Assembly: GCF_963921235.1 (NCBI RefSeq) | Contig: NC_086108.1 | Location: forward strand, 44,146,001 to 44,210,000 | DNA from: Mobula hypostoma | Taxonomy: Eukaryota | DNA: 64,000 nucleotides | Direction of reading: 5' to 3' | Part shown: in pieces, positions 1-14,200 of the stretch | Position numbering within the stretch: the stretch's first letter is position 1 | How the letters are laid out: each line of letters begins with the position of its first letter | Made by a program: the position numbers and the translations under genes | The notes under the pieces: generated by a model | What the model saw: only the letters and a program-made list of their open reading frames with translations | What the model was told of the DNA's origin: nothing | Databases searched by the model: none

Positions 1-771
1 AATGACATTTTGGTGACACTATTGAATTCATATTTTGGGCCACTATAACCTCCTCCACAATGAATCTTGCACTTATGAAGAAAGTATTTCTTGCAGTTGA
101 TAGGAACTATTTTCCCATTTTGTTGCCACTAATTCCTTGGGTTAATTGAGCCACTAGAAATTACCCTCAGCAGCTTGATGAGTGAAAGAATCTGGAGGGA
201 GTCGAAAGGTGTGCAGAGAGAATAGCTGTCAGAAAAAACTTGTGGGGGAATGGATTGCTCTATGAGTGGCATAGTGTAAGCTGGCTGAAATAGCTTCCAA
301 TGACAATATGGTAAAGGATAGGAGGGACAAGGAGGCAGGGAAGACAACTTTCTCTAATGAACTCGTAATAAGATGTGATGAAGTCATTAAAATCTCCAGT
401 ATACATCAATGAATGTACACTTTACTCAGCAGATCCCATTATTACATTAATTTCCACACAAGGGCTTTTTCTGGACCAGCAATTTTAGTTTGGCTAACCA
501 AATACATGAACATTTGTGAAGATGATTGGAGCAGGTAACTGTTGTATCCTGAGCTGGTACAGCTGCACAGACAGAGGAGAAGTCTTTTTGCTGCATTTCT
601 CTGGGTCTTGTCCACTTTACAGCCAATGAATCACTGCTTTCACTTTCTATAATTACCTGAGCTCAGGTTCATTCTATATAGTTAAACATTGTAAGGGTTT
701 GGATAGGTTGTAAATCTGAAGACATAAACCCAAGCATATCATATAAATGCTCTTATTTCAATTTCTTAAAG

Positions 772-1436
772 GGAACGCTGGAGGAATGCTCGTCCTGAAT
801 GTGAAGAGTAAAATCGGTAACATTCTGTTGGTGGAAAGTTCCAAACCTGGATCAGATTTCCTTTTGGAAGAGGTTCTATATCAGGTCTTACGTTCATCAA
901 ACCAGTGGGGCGTTCACCTAAAGATAAAATCCACTCAGGCACTAGCTCCAACTCTGTATCTGCTTTATGATCTTTACACACAACACCTTCTCCACATACC
1001 CGTCTGGATCAGCATGGATGTCTCTTACGGCAGCTTCAGCACACCCGGGTATATTGAAGGAAGCCAATTCATCAATACCATCAATAAAATATTTCCTTTT
1101 GTAACTATAGCTCCAAGCTGGCCAGCTGAAGCACTTAACCATGGTTACACAGAATCCTTGGTGGAAGACATGCTGAGTCTTTGTCAGGGGTTGTGGCAAA
1201 TGTTGTCCTTCCAGCTCCAGGCTATTCCGTTGTCTAAATCATGGCAGGCGACCTTCAAACTGCTGCAGGCTTCCCCCAGCTACACTCTGACAGTGGAACA
1301 CCTACATACACAGGGCACATATGTGGATGCGTTTCGAGGACTGATCAACATGCGAATGCACAGCAGCCGTCGGGTTTACTACCGTTTACCTCCAGATTAT
1401 AGAAATAATTTTGAGATTGATATTTTTACTTCATAA
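772..1436 (+). CDS. FAM151A: FAM151A terminal coding exon (second DUF2181/menorin-like domain)
   Basis: Acceptor ...atttcttaaag|GG at 770-771. Translation WGVHLKI..PVWISMDVSYGSFSTPGYI..TIAPSWP..DMLSLCQGLWQ..RVYYRLP* matches the vertebrate FAM151A C-terminus. Lies convergent to ACOT11, as in mammals. The ATG at 747 is intronic. Confidence 0.93.
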
Positions 1437-1514
1437 ATCTGATCCCCAACTCTCTGTATTCATAGTCACGTATTCCTGCTACTTGGCAAGCAAATCAATT
1501 ACAAGTTCCAAATC

Positions 1515-1520
1515 AATAAA
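1515..1520 (+). promoter_or_regulatory. Candidate polyadenylation signal for FAM151A
   Basis: First AATAAA after the stop codon at 1436. Confidence 0.4.
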
Positions 1521-2039
1521 TTCTTGAATGGAACCACTGAGCTGGATGGTTAGAACCCAGCACAGATGTGAGCTGCACTCTTCTTAACTTTTGTTTCTCA
1601 TTACTTTAATATACATCAGTATTCAAGCTTTTGATACAAAAGTTAATTTTCTGGACATTGATTGTAAAAGCCTGATGAATAGTCTGCTAGGTTTAAAGGA
1701 TGATGTACATTTTAATGATTTATCCAGACAGATTTACTTACTCATCTAGTTGTAATCCCATTAGACAAATTGTTCTACCCTGCAGACCTCGGTTGCTTGC
1801 TCATACTGCCCATGTCAAGAGTCAGGATTGTTTAATGTCATGTCCAGTACGCACGTGCAGAGCAGACAAAATCATTGTTACTGTGGATCCAATGCAGCAC
1901 AAAAAGAACACATGCATTAATAAAAAAAAACAATAAATATAAATACATAAGATGGTTTATATACAGTACATAGCTTATTTGTATTTCCATAGAGTGATAC
2001 TAGCCCACAGAAGTGCCTGTACATAGGGTGACTGATAGG

Positions 2040-2360
2040 AAACGATAAAGTAGTGGTGGTTAGGGTGGATTAGTGGGTGGAGGTGTTGATCAGCCTTATT
2101 GTTTGGGAAAGGTGACTGTTTTTGAGTCTGCTGGCCCTGGCGTGGATGCTACGTAGCTGTCCCACTTCCATCAGGGAGTAAAACAAGTCTATAAACAGGG
2201 CAGGTGGGATCCTTAATGATGTTTTCCAGTACCTTTCTGTATACATGTCTTTAATGGTGGGTAGGCTAGTGCCGGTGATGCATTGGGCGGTTCTGACTAC
2301 CCACTGTAGAGCCTTCCTGTCTCACAGTGCAGTTTCCATACCAAGCAGTGATGCAGCTTT
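2040..2360 (-). mobile_element. Decayed Rex/Babar-type LINE 3' fragment
   Basis: Reverse complement resembles the C-terminal RT region of the copies at 5590-6150 and 16484-17338; heavily degraded. Confidence 0.55.
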
Positions 2361-4189
2361 GTACTGCGCATCTGAGAATGACATTGGCATAGTCCAGCTG
2401 TCTTCAGTAGAGGCATTGGTGAGCTTTCCTGATTGAGAGAGGCTGGGCAAGGTGTGCACTCCCAGGAGTTTGAAGTTGCTCGCAGGTTCCACTGCTGTGT
2501 TGCCAATGTAAAGAGCGGTGTGATGTTGCAAGTTGCAGATGGACAACAAATTAAAATAAAGAGATATTGTGTCATGAACTTTAATTTGCAGCAGGAATAA
2601 CTGAATGGCCTCTCCTCCTCCAAAAATTCTATCCTGTAGAACACGCCAAAAGCTACAGCTGGGCAGAGTGTTCATCTTTCCTGGATCTAACATATTAGAG
2701 AATACTGGATTCATACTTCTTTAATAAGTGATATTCTTCTAGTTCTTGACATCCAGCAGATGTATTAATAGCAATCGCATGGTTCAAACACCAAGTCATA
2801 TTGCACAAAGCTATTTAAGATAGTAACCAGTGAGATTTTTTAAATATTCGGAACATTTTAGAAGCTAGTTTCTGAAGTGCTCTCAACAGTCTCCATGGTT
2901 TTAAAAACCCACCTAGTTCCATTTTGAATGCCTCCCAAAACTGTTCCTACCCCAGTTATTTGCCACATTTTCCTTTTCATCTTTAATGTGTCCAATCCAA
3001 AATCAACCTAGATGACCACTCATCTTCCATTCACTGCAAATCTCTGCTCATTAAAAATCTCCAACCGTTTGGGATCTCCATTGACTCCACTGGACCGTCG
3101 CCTGTCACCCTTCTCCTTTCCAGTCCTTGCAACTTCTCAAACACGTGGTTCAGATTCTGTGCTTAACTCCATCTTGGCCTCACCACTCACCCAGTCGAGG
3201 TTTCTCCAGTGTGATACCCACCCGCACTCTATCCCTCCACTGTACTTCCTAACCCTTTGTCCTTTTGTCCTCATCTATTGGCAGCTATCTGGACTGTCAA
3301 ACTCAAACTCCCCAGATCTATCTAGTTTCCTTCCTTGAAAACCTTTTTACACCTGAGGCCCTAAAATGAAATAGTGACTAGCTATTCACTGCAGGTGTCT
3401 GGGTACCTTGAGACCCCGTTCAGTTCTTATAAGTTGCTAAATGGTACTTCCAAACAACTACACCAACATAACTTTTCTCTTCAGCCACATAGCTCCTCAT
3501 CTCCAAATCCAGATTTTAAACCAGAGGTTCTTCCTGATTGTTGATTGAAATTGCAAATTGTTGATTGAGCCAGTGGTTCAAGCCAAAGAATTGATACAGA
3601 ACTAATTGGCATTTTCCCAAATGCACACCTTCCAAAAATGATCATGCACAGGAGGTTCTTATAGCAGTATAAAAATAATTAAGAACATTTACATTTCATT
3701 AGTTCAATGTTGTCTTTTATTCAATCACTTCTCACATAACTATCAACTTGTCAGTGCTGCAGAATAGCATCGAATGTTCAACTTGTTTTAAATATCTACA
3801 CCTTTGTTTTTAAACAGGAGATTTATTTTTATAGTTGATCAGTGCAATTTGTTCCTGTTTTAGAAAGGCAGTGATTTCATATTTTTAGTAATCAGTAAAT
3901 TACACAATTAAGGTCAAATATTTTACTCCAGATTTTTAAAATGATACACATTCATTCAGTTTCCATCATCACCAAAATGAACCCTTACACTAAGCAATGT
4001 GATCAATTGGTAGCTTTGCTTCAGCATTACAGGGTTTTGCATTTTGTGTTTCCCTGTGAAATTGCATTGTCAACACTATCATTGTGTGCATGCTGTTGAA
4101 AGGAAATGATGATTAAGTACACCAGAATGAAAATACAACTTTACAAACCCACAATCTCAACTAAAATGAACAGAAAATTGGCTTGTGTT

Positions 4190-4195
4190 TTTATT
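4190..4195 (-). promoter_or_regulatory. Candidate polyadenylation signal for ACOT11
   Basis: AATAAA on the minus strand ~580 nt after the stop, followed by T/GT-rich sequence. Confidence 0.45.
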
Positions 4196-4775
4196 ACAAA
4201 AACAAGCATACACCACAAGCTCATTGATTGATTACAAAAAATTAAAAGCTTATCATAAGCACACAAAGCTGACTGTTGCTGACAATTGCTTGGTATCATC
4301 AATAGAATTATTTTTCTTTAAAAGGATCCCTTGTTAAAAATCAGAAATACTCTTCTTTTAAAATCCTCATACAACCATTTTTCTAGTAAAATCTTATCAA
4401 AATTAATGTAAAAATATGGATTAAATTTGTTCATTTGCAATAAAATGCTGTACATCATATGTTTTATACACAAAAATTAATGAAATTTATACACAGAAGC
4501 TAATGGCAGCAAACACAGCTCTAAACAATTACAAGGCAGTGACCAAGGGCCGCAGTGTTCTTCCACCACTGTTAACTCAATAAGCCTCCCTTGATACAAC
4601 ACTCACATACAAATGCAATGCACTCTTCTGATTTCAAAGATCATATGCTTAACTAGAAGTCCCGGTGCTATTTGTTCACAACTAAGCTTTCGCCTTTTTT
4701 TTAATTTTTATCTAAAAACATTCTCTTCATGAGCACCAAAGCCAGTGGGACAGCAAAACATGATGAGGATCTGTG

Positions 4776-4943
4776 TCAAGTCCCACCCAATGTCACACTG
4801 CCAAGTGGATGGACGGTATCCTTATTTTGTTCAAGAAATTCATTACAAGCCTCAACAATTTTGCATACATCTGATGACAGTCCAGTGATGTCACGCGTGA
4901 GGTAAGGGAGAACTTGAGGGGTTGCCTGGATGTAATAGGCAAT
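4776..4943 (-). CDS. ACOT11: ACOT11 terminal coding exon (end of START domain)
   Basis: ttttcag|IAYYIQATPQVLPYLTRDITGLSSDVCKIVEACNEFLEQNK...*, homologous to the ACOT11 C-terminus (VSYYNQATPGVL...); phase 0. Confidence 0.93.
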   Translation of the reverse strand: MAYYIQATPQVLPYLTRDITGLSSDVCKIVEACNEFLEQNKDTVHPLGSVTLGGT

Positions 4944-5589
4944 CTGAAAAAGTAAATCAAGTAGTTGTATTATGCATGGCAGAAGCACTCCACCCTACAG
5001 CCTATCCATTCATATTCACTTATTTATCTGTCCATATTGTTGGGAAATCACCCCAATGGTTTAATTGAAAACTGCAAAAGAACTGAAATAATGCAAAATA
5101 CCAATGCCCAAGGATAAGTCCAAGTTTCTTACAGGGTAGGTCTCTTACTGCTGGTATCAAATACACTGACATCTGCCCCTCCACTTTCAGCTGGGGGTGA
5201 GATGGGGAAGGGGGTTGAGGATCAAGGAGAAGAGGAGAACCCAGCTACAATGCCTTTCACTCCGCTCTTCTTTCTGTGACACAGACTGAATAATGTGTGC
5301 AAGATGTGTGCACACCAGTTCATGCCCAAGCTGCAAGTCTACATTATAAAAGTTTGCTCATGAAGAACAGGTACCAGCTTCTCTGAAACCACAAGGTGGT
5401 CCCTTCAAGAATTGTGCCCTAAAGTATCACAGCAGCAATTGCACCAGGTATCAATTGTCAACATCAAATGTTTGTTTTCTTTTAGTGTTAATCTTATAGG
5501 AGAGAAAGTGGATGCAAGTTTGAAAGAAGAAAAGTTGAATTAAATATAACACTGTATTATGCCCCTTAATGTCTGACGTGGTCTGCACA

Positions 5590-6150
5590 CACCAGCTGTG
5601 TGGTGAAAAAGGCACAACAGCGCCTCTTTCACCTCAGACAGTTGAGGAAGTTTGGTATGGGCCCCAAAATCCTAAGAACTTTCTACAGGGGCACAATTGA
5701 GAGCATCCTGATGGCTGCATCACTGCCTGGTTTCAGAATTGTACCTCCCTTAATTGCATGACTCTGCAGAGAGTGGTGTGGACAGCCCATCGCATCTGTA
5801 GTTGTGAACATCCCATGATTCAGGACATTTACAATGACAGGTGTGTAAAAAGGGCCCATAGGATCACTGGGGACCCAAGTCATCCCAACCACAATCTATT
5901 CCAGCTGCTACCACCCGGGAAATGGTATCACAACATAAAAGCCAGAACCAACAGGCTCCGGGACAGCTTCTTCCACCAGGCCGTCAGACTGATTAACTCA
6001 CACTGATTTGAGTGTACTCTATATTACATTGACTGTTCTATTTATTATAAATTACTATGATTGCACATTGCACATTTAGATGGTGATGTAACAAAGAGTT
6101 TTACTCCTCATGTATGTGAAGGATGTAAAGTCAATTCAATTCAATTCCCA
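5590..6150 (+). mobile_element. Rex/Babar-type LINE 3' fragment
   Basis: KAQQRLFHLRQLRKFG..TFYRGTIESIL..LQRVV..FQLLP.GK..RTNRLRDSFFHQAVRLIN (DUF1891-type RT C-terminus); (CAATT)n tail. Confidence 0.8.
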
Positions 6151-7521
6151 AAGCAATAGGAGTGGAATGAGGGTATGGAGTAATCTGACATGCACTGAAT
6201 TATAACTATATAGACACAGAGACATGTTGTCCACGTCATTGAAATCTGCAAATAGTAATGCAATATAAACTCATGTACAGAACTTGTGTTTAATCAAAAT
6301 TGTACCATGTTACCCACACTAGTAATCTCAACCTAGCGTGCTTCACATCAATATAAGAAAATTTATTGAAGAATTGTTTTATGAGAAGCATAATGCCACA
6401 TTGTATTATTCAGCAGAGGATTTGAATTGGGTTTCCTTTAAAGCCAAACAATTCTTATGGCGAAATCCAATCCCACTTAGAGGTTAATTGTTGTTTAGGG
6501 AGGAGATCAGAATGCTGATGTCTGTGGGAAAACCAATTGCAGACACTGTGGCTCCAGTCCTTTCCTTTCCTGAACGGTGTTTCCATAGATGATGAACACA
6601 AGAGGTTGGATGGAAGCAAGCTCATTTCTGCAGTTTTCCTGTGCCAACTGTGCATACCTGGGATGTCTCCAACTTTGACCTGGACTCTTAGATAATTTAC
6701 TAAAATAGATGAGCATTGGATCCTGGCTCTCTTTGGTTCTCTCTTCTAAATTTTCCCTCACAGTGCAAATCATGGCTTGTATGCAGCCTATGAAACTGCC
6801 AACCACAAATCTGAAGAGTGGCCAACATCTGGACTTGCCCCATTGTTAAATTACACTTCAAACTTCTTGACAAATTGGCACAGATGGTTAGCAGAGTCTC
6901 AAGGTCAACTAAAAGGAAATATTCCTAAGGTGCAGACTCTGTAAAGGAATGGTTCAGTTCACATGATGTAAACCCACATGGTGATACTTCATTTTATGTC
7001 ATACCAGCAGCAGCTGAGAAATTGCTTAAAGTACTGTATGTCATTTGGAAAAACAAGAAGCAACTGGAGAGCACAAAGATTAACGAGGGAAAAATATAGA
7101 GATTCTGTCAGAGTTTGAAGTATGAAATTACATTTCAGAAAACCAAGTGGCTTTTTGTTCTTTGCTGGTCAAATCTATGTCATCTTTTGTAGCTATTTTA
7201 GTGGGTGTGTGGAAATATTTCTGGTGGAGTGTGTGAGAACAGAGGGTTGCGATGTTGTCTGGTTAATACTGCTAACAAGTTCTGATGTGAAGTCCAAGAT
7301 CAAGCCAGGGTAAGAGATTGGCTTTATTTGGAGTCAATTGAAACCACATCTAGGAAAATGGCCAAAGTCAGAAAGTGTAATGGTATTCCATCACTTTGCT
7401 TAGATTTGCTCCTATCAATTATAGTCATTTTAGTTTTTTTTTAAATCAAAGCCATGCCCCCTTTCACATATTTGAATAGTATTTTTTGAAGGAAGACTGA
7501 CTGAGTTGTAATTTCATATTA

Positions 7522-8580
7522 CAATGGATTCCAGTTAACTAGGCCATTGGTTCATCAGGGCAGCTGCTTATTTGGGGGCAACTCTTAAAGAACATAAACA
7601 AATCAAGAAAATAGGCTGGATTTCCTTCATTTGGGACACTGTGACACTTAATTTGGGGTAGGAGACTGTTGCAAAACATTTTCTAACTACCATCAGTCGC
7701 GCTCACATCCTGTGGTTGATAGATACCACACTGTATTTAGAGAAAGCAGTTTTTAAATAGCATCACTTGTGTGTTTGTGTTCAAAAAGCAATAATTTTTG
7801 TCACTGATAGATGCAAATAATAAACAACAAGACAATTCAGAACGGTTTTTGCTTACCACGATTTCAAGCATTTAGGCTTGGAGATGCTAGAACTGGCCGG
7901 GAGGGAAAATGAAGCAATTTTACTACCTTAAACAAGTTAGGGACTATGAAGAATTCAAAGGTATCCACAATCATCTTGTATGTAACAATGAAAATACAGT
8001 TTTGGATGATGAAATCATTGAAACCATTGTTTGAAGGCAGTCCATTATCTGCACAAGGTGTCTATGTTGATTTGTTCATTTACAGTCAATCAAAAGAACA
8101 TTCAACAACACACTGGAGGAACTCAGCAGGTTGGGCAGCAACTGTGGAAAAGATTGGTCGACGTTTCGGGCCGGAACCCTTTGTCAGGTTCTGGCCCGAA
8201 ACGTCGACCGAACTTTTCCACGGACGCTGCCTGACCTGCTGAATCCCTCCAGTGTGTTGTCAGTGTTGCTTTTACCCCAGCATCTGCAGATTATTTTGTG
8301 TTTACGAATCAAAAGAACATGTTAGCATACACTGAATGAATTCCTCCGTCAATAAATATTAGGAACTAATACAGTTTTATAGTACTATAGTTGTTAGGTA
8401 GCATTCTCATTTGTTCTATATTCAATTTAAGTACTTAATTTGTTACTCAGTTTATTTCTGTAGTTTCTTTTTTTATACCCTTTTAAATGATTTTCATGAA
8501 GCTTTGACTAATTGGGGTAGCTGCTTAATGGGGCCAGAATGTACTGGTCCTAATGTCTCCTAATTAACTGGAATCTATTA
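7522..8580. mobile_element. Non-autonomous pogo/Tigger-like DNA transposon
   Basis: ~22-bp imperfect TIRs CAATGGATTCCAGTTAACTAGG / CCTAATTAACTGGAATCTATTA flanked by TA on both sides; second copy at ~36976-38505. Confidence 0.75.
8102..8306. mobile_element. Short palindromic Penelope-like terminal element with hammerhead remnants
   Basis: 14-bp TSD AATCAAAAGAACAT (8088-8101, 8307-8320); inverted arms containing GCCCGAAACGTCGACC. Confidence 0.75.
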
Positions 8581-9629
8581 TATATGTTTCTTAAAATATG
8601 CTTCCATATAGTCCAATAATTCACATCACTATGAATACCCACTAGCCCGATCCAGCCAACAATCCTTTTTCCTCACCTCTGCAGCAGAGAAGGTCAGGGA
8701 GGGATAGTTAGAACAAAGGGAGTATTTTTATAGGGTGAGATTAGAAGGCTTGATGTGGCAGTAGAAGTACAGATTAAGCTCACATTAAATTCACGTCTGC
8801 ATTCAGTGTTATTTATAAGGTGGTAGGACATGCCTTGCAGGCCTGACTATACAAAAAGGAAAACCTGAGCCAAAATGATGACAGGCAGAAATTCTGAACC
8901 AGACAGTTCTGATTCAAACACAATTGAGTCGAGAACTTTGCAACATGACCAGACATAGATGAGGTATTGTTCCTAAGTTTGTGCTGTTTCTCATTGCTAC
9001 TTCAGATTTCCAGCATCTGCAGTTTTTTTTAAATATATACATTTCCAATTCAGTTTAATACTGGGGAAACAACAAAGAATATGGGGTCAATTGAAACCAG
9101 GTCTGGGAAGATAGCCAAAGGCCATCACACATATGAAACAGTGCTTGTTGCAGAGGAGACAAAAGTCCCAAGCAATGGGCCAAAGAGCAGATATGCAAGG
9201 TTAGTTGGTACTGAAGAATGCTTAGAATTCATAAACAACAGGGATTAACGATCCAGGAACACCAGTCATCAGCTACCACCTTGCAGATGCAAAAGCAATC
9301 AAAACTATACTGCATCTACAACCGTGGTGAGCAAAACATTTCAGAATTGTCTTACTGTTTATTACTCGCTATCTATCCATGACAAAAATCACTGCTTTTT
9401 GAACAGAAACATGCAAGTGACGCTATTCAAAAGCTGTATTCATGCAAAACATACATAAGACATCGCTTGCAATGCCATGCTCAATTTTGGGTAATTCAAT
9501 CTAGATACTGGTTTTAGCGAAAAAACGCATCATTTCATTAGGCTGCAAATGGGGATGAAAAGACTCAACTATGAGACAAGACCAGTAAACTTGGATTGCA
9601 AATCACTGGAAATCAAAATCTGGTTATTA

Positions 9630-10990
9630 TAACTGTAATATGTTGTGAAATTTGTTTTGCGGCAGCAGTACTGTACAAGACAAAAATTACTATGTTACAA
9701 ATACACAAATGAATTAATAGTGCAAAAGAGGAAAGTGAGGTAGTGTTCATGGACTGCACAGAAATCTGATGACAGAGGGGAAGAAGCTGTTCCTAAAACA
9801 TCGCGTGTGGTTACCTCCTCCCCAGTGGTAGTAATGAGAAGTAATGTCCCAGATGGTGAGGATCCTCGAAGCACTGCTTTTCCATGGTGCTGAGGGCTGT
9901 GTTGGTAATGAGACCACAGCCCTCTGCAGTCTCTTTCGATGTTGCACATTTCAGGTGAAGCAACCACTCAGAACACTCTCCACCGTACATCTGAAGAAAT
10001 CTGCCTGAGTCTTTGGTGACATACCAAATCTCTTCAAACTCCAAATGAGTATAGCCAGTGGAGTGCCTTCTTCATGATTGCTTCAATGTGTTGGGCCTAG
10101 GATAAATCCCCTGAGATGCTGGTGCCCCGAATTTAAAGCTGCTCACACCTCAGTGAGGACCGGTGTGCGATTTCCTGACTTACCCTCCCTGAAGTCCACA
10201 ATCAATTCCTTGGTCTCACTGACGTTGAGTGCAAGGTTGTTGCTGTGACCCCACTCAACCAGCTGATCGACCTCACTCCTGTACGTCTCCTCATCACCAT
10301 CGAGATTCTACCAACAACAGTGGTGAACATACAGATGATGTTTGAGCTGTACCTAGCCACACTGTCACGAGTGAGAGTAGACTAATGGGCTAAACATGCA
10401 TCCTTGAGGTGTATGCGTTGACTATCAGCAAGGAGATGTTTCTAACCTGCGCAGACTTGGTCTCCAGGTGAGGAAGTCAAGAATCCAATTGCAGAGGAAG
10501 GTATAGAGGCCCAGGTTTGAAGTTTGTTGATTAGTACTGAGGGGAGGATGGTGTTGAATGCCAAGCAGTAATCAATAAACAGCAGCCCAATGTATGTATT
10601 GCTCTTGTCCAAGTGCTCCAAAGCCATATGGAGAGCCAGTGAGATTGCATCCATCGTAGACCTGTTGTAGCAGTAGGAAAATTGCAGTGGGTCCTGGCCC
10701 TTGCTCAGGCAAGAGTTAATATTCATCCTCTCACAGCTGCAGATTGATGCAGGTAGGAACCTTTGCCTGCAGCTGTGAGAGGTCGAATTCGTCCTTGAGC
10801 AGTCCAGCCAATCGATCAGCATAGGCTTTCAGCACCCAACCAGGTAGTCTACTTGATGACTCGTGGGGGTTCACCCTCTTGAACAATGTCCTGACGCGAG
10901 CCTCTGAGACAGAGATCGTAAAGTCACCCACCAGTTGCTGCAGTGATTTGTACAGGTGTAGTGTTACCACCCCTTTCAAAGTGTGCATAA
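9630..10990 (-). mobile_element. Decayed Rex/Babar-type LINE (RT)
   Basis: Minus-strand peptides DPLQFSYCYNRSTMDAISLALH..LLFIDYCLAFNTILPSVLINKL and FRNSFFPSVIRFL. Confidence 0.8.
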
Positions 10991-11249
10991 ACAGAAAAGG
11001 TAAAAGAATAGTCTGGCAAGAGTATCAAAGGAGCACCAAAGAGAACATCAGAACACTCTGCTACAGGACTGCAGAGTAACAGGCATACATTTGCTTGAAA
11101 TATGATGGGAATGTTAGTGTTAAGTTCGCCAGAACATTAAATATTTGACTGGAATAACCATTCAATTTCATCATTCAAACAATTTAAACCTAACGCAATA
11201 TTTTAATTTTTATGCCTAATTCCCCCTGCGTTCCTGATGTGGTTGAATC

Positions 11250-14200
11250 CTTACTGTTAGTGCTTTACAGCATTACAGTGTCCTTGATGACAACACCCAC
11301 AAGTTGTGCATCCGCCTGCAGCTTCTTACAGACCACATCGGAGAACTGGAGCAGGCACTGGATGACCTGTAGATCATTCAGGAGTCAGAGAGGTTGATAG
11401 GTGGGAAGGCAGTTGTTCCTAAATTGTAGGAAGCAAATAACTGGGCGACCGTCAGGATAAGGAAAAGGTATAGGTAGTGAGTGCAGGGTACCCCTCTGTC
11501 TGTTCCGCTCAATAGCAAGTATATTGTTTTGGATATTGTGTGGGGTGGAGGAAGGGGGTTCCTAGCAGTGGACATGCACAGCAAACAACAGGAATTCTGC
11601 AGATGCTGGAAATTCAAGCAACATACATCAAAGTTGCTGGTGAACGCAGCAGGCCAAGCAGTATCTGTAGGAAGACGTTTCAGGCCGAGACCCTTCGTCA
11701 GGACACGCACAGCAGTCAGGTCTCTGACACTGTCTAGTTCTGTGGTTCAGAAGGAAATAGGAGAGAAGAGGTGAGCAGTAATGATAGGGGTTCACTGTTT
11801 AGTGAGACGGACAGGAAATTCTGTGGAAGATATCAAGAAGGATGGTATGTTGCCTCCCATTGCCAGGGTCAGAGATATTTCTGATCAAGTCCTTAGCTTT
11901 CTTAAGGGGGAGGGGAAGCAGTCAGAGGTCCTCGTCCATATCAGTACTAATGACATAGGCAGGAAGGCTGGTGGGGCTGGTGGTGGCGAGTTCAGGTAGT
12001 TAGGTGCTAAGTTAAAAGTACAAGAACTCCAGGGTGCTGATCTCAGGAGGCTATTCATTCCATGTGCCTGTGTGGCTGGAAATACAGATGTAATCCAATT
12101 TAACACATAGTGAAGGAGATGGTGCAAGAGTGAGGACTTCAGATTTTTGGATCATTGGGCTCTTCCAGGGAAGATGGGACCTGTACAAATGGGACAGCTT
12201 GGACACGAACTGGAGGTGGACTAATATCCTTGAGGGAAGGTTTGCTAGTGCTGCTCTAGGAGGTTTAAACTACAGTTGCAGGGGGATGAGAATCAGAGTG
12301 GCTGGTCAGCAGGTGGAGTGGCTATGGGGAAAGTAGATGTTAAACCTGCATGCAAAGAGAGGAATTGAAAGGCTGAGCACATTTCACCGCATGGAGTATT
12401 GTAGGTAAGGCAGATGAACTAAGAGCATAGATAAGCACATGGAATTATGATTGTTGTAGCCATTAGTCAGCCAATTGTGGGAGGGGCAGGACAGGCAGCT
12501 CAATGTTTCAGGGTTCCTTGGTTGTAGATATAATAGAGGGGGGGTACTAAAGGGGAAGAGGTGGCATTTCTAGGAAAATGTCATGGCAGTGTTCAGAGAG
12601 GGCATGCTGAATGGCTTGTCTACTGAGACAATAACAGTGGAGCCGAGAAATAAGAAAGGGATGAGAACGTTAATGGGTGTATGTCTATAGACCTCCCCAT
12701 AGTCAATGGGATTTAGAGGAGCCAATTTATCGTGAGCTAGCAGATGCAAAATAAAAGGTTGTGATAGTAGGTAATTTTAGCTTTTCAAATATTGACTGGG
12801 ACTCCCTTACCGTAAAAGGGCTGGATGGGATAGAGTTTGTCATACACGTTCTGGAACATTTCTTTAATCAATATGGAGAGGTCCTAACCTGAGAGGGCAT
12901 GATACTAGATCTCCTCTTAGGGAATGAGACAGGTCAGATGGCAGAAGTGTGTAGGGGAACCCATTGGATCTAGTGATCATAGTTCCATTAGTTTCCAGAT
13001 AATTATGGAGAAGGATAGGACTAGTTGTTGGGTTGAGATTCTAAATTGTAGAATGGCCAATTTGTTGGCATCAGAGGAGATCTGGGTAAGTGTGCATTGG
13101 GACAGGTTATTTTCCATCAAAGGGATGCTTGGCATATGAGAGGCCTTCAAAAGTGAAGTACTGAGAGATCAGGCTTTGTATGTGCCCGTTGGAATAAAAG
13201 GCAAGTCTAGAGAACCATGGTGTTCAAGAGATATTAAGACCCTGGTGAAGATGAAGATTAAGAAGGAGGAGGAGGATGAGGCACATATCAAGTATAGGCA
13301 GTTAGGACCAAATGAGGTGCTTGAGGAGTACAAGAAATGAAAGAAAACACTTAAGAAAGAAATCAGGAGGGCTAAAAGAGGAGTTTGCTTTGGCAGACAA
13401 GATGAATTAGAATCCTAAGGACTTCTATAGATATATTAAGAACAAAAGGACAGCAAGGGTCATAATTGGTCCTCTTGAAGATCAAAGTGGTTATCTATGC
13501 ATGGAGCCAAAAGAAATGGGGGAGATCTCAAATGTTTAGCATCTGCATATACTTGGGAGACAGATAACAGAGGAACAAAAGAGTGTGAGGTCATGAATTG
13601 CACCTGGATTACAGAAAAAAAGGTGCTAGCTATCCTGAGGCCAATTAAGTTGGATAAATCCGTAGAGCCTGAAGAGCCTAAGAACCCATAGAGCCTGGCA
13701 GAGACATTTAAACCATCCTTAGACACGGGTGAGGTGCATTAGGATTGGAGGATAGCAAATGTTGTTCCTTTGTTCAAGATTAAGTCACTTGGTATTCAGG
13801 ATAGAGTAGTAAATTGGATTCAGTATTGGCTGAGCAGGTGAGGACAGAGAGTGGTTGTAGATGGCTATATCCCTTACACAAGTTGTGTGGCTAGTGATGT
13901 GCTACAGAAATCGGTGATGGGTCCGTTTCTGTTTATCACCTATATACATGACTTAGATGATAATATGGTCAACTGGATCAGCAAATCTTTGATGACATCA
14001 AGATTGGAGGTGTAGTGGACAGCAAGAAAAACTATCGAGAGTTTGCAGCAGAATCTGGAACAGCTGTCTGAAAAATGGCAACGTAATTTAATTCAGACAA
14101 ATGTGAAATGTTGCCCATTGTCAGGACAAACCAGGGTAGAACTTACACAGGGAATAGTAGGGCACTCAGGTGTGAGGTGGAACAGAGGCATTTTGTAGTA

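Noticed and set aside
747..771. ATG at 747 as the start of a standalone 229-aa gene
   Set aside because: It lies in the pyrimidine tract before a good acceptor; the peptide is only the C-terminal part of FAM151A.
7333..9120. Similar ~35-bp segments GTCAATTGAAACCA...GCCAAAG near 7333 and 9087
   Set aside because: Short and diverged; most simply remnants of a dispersed repeat. Not regularly spaced, so not an array.
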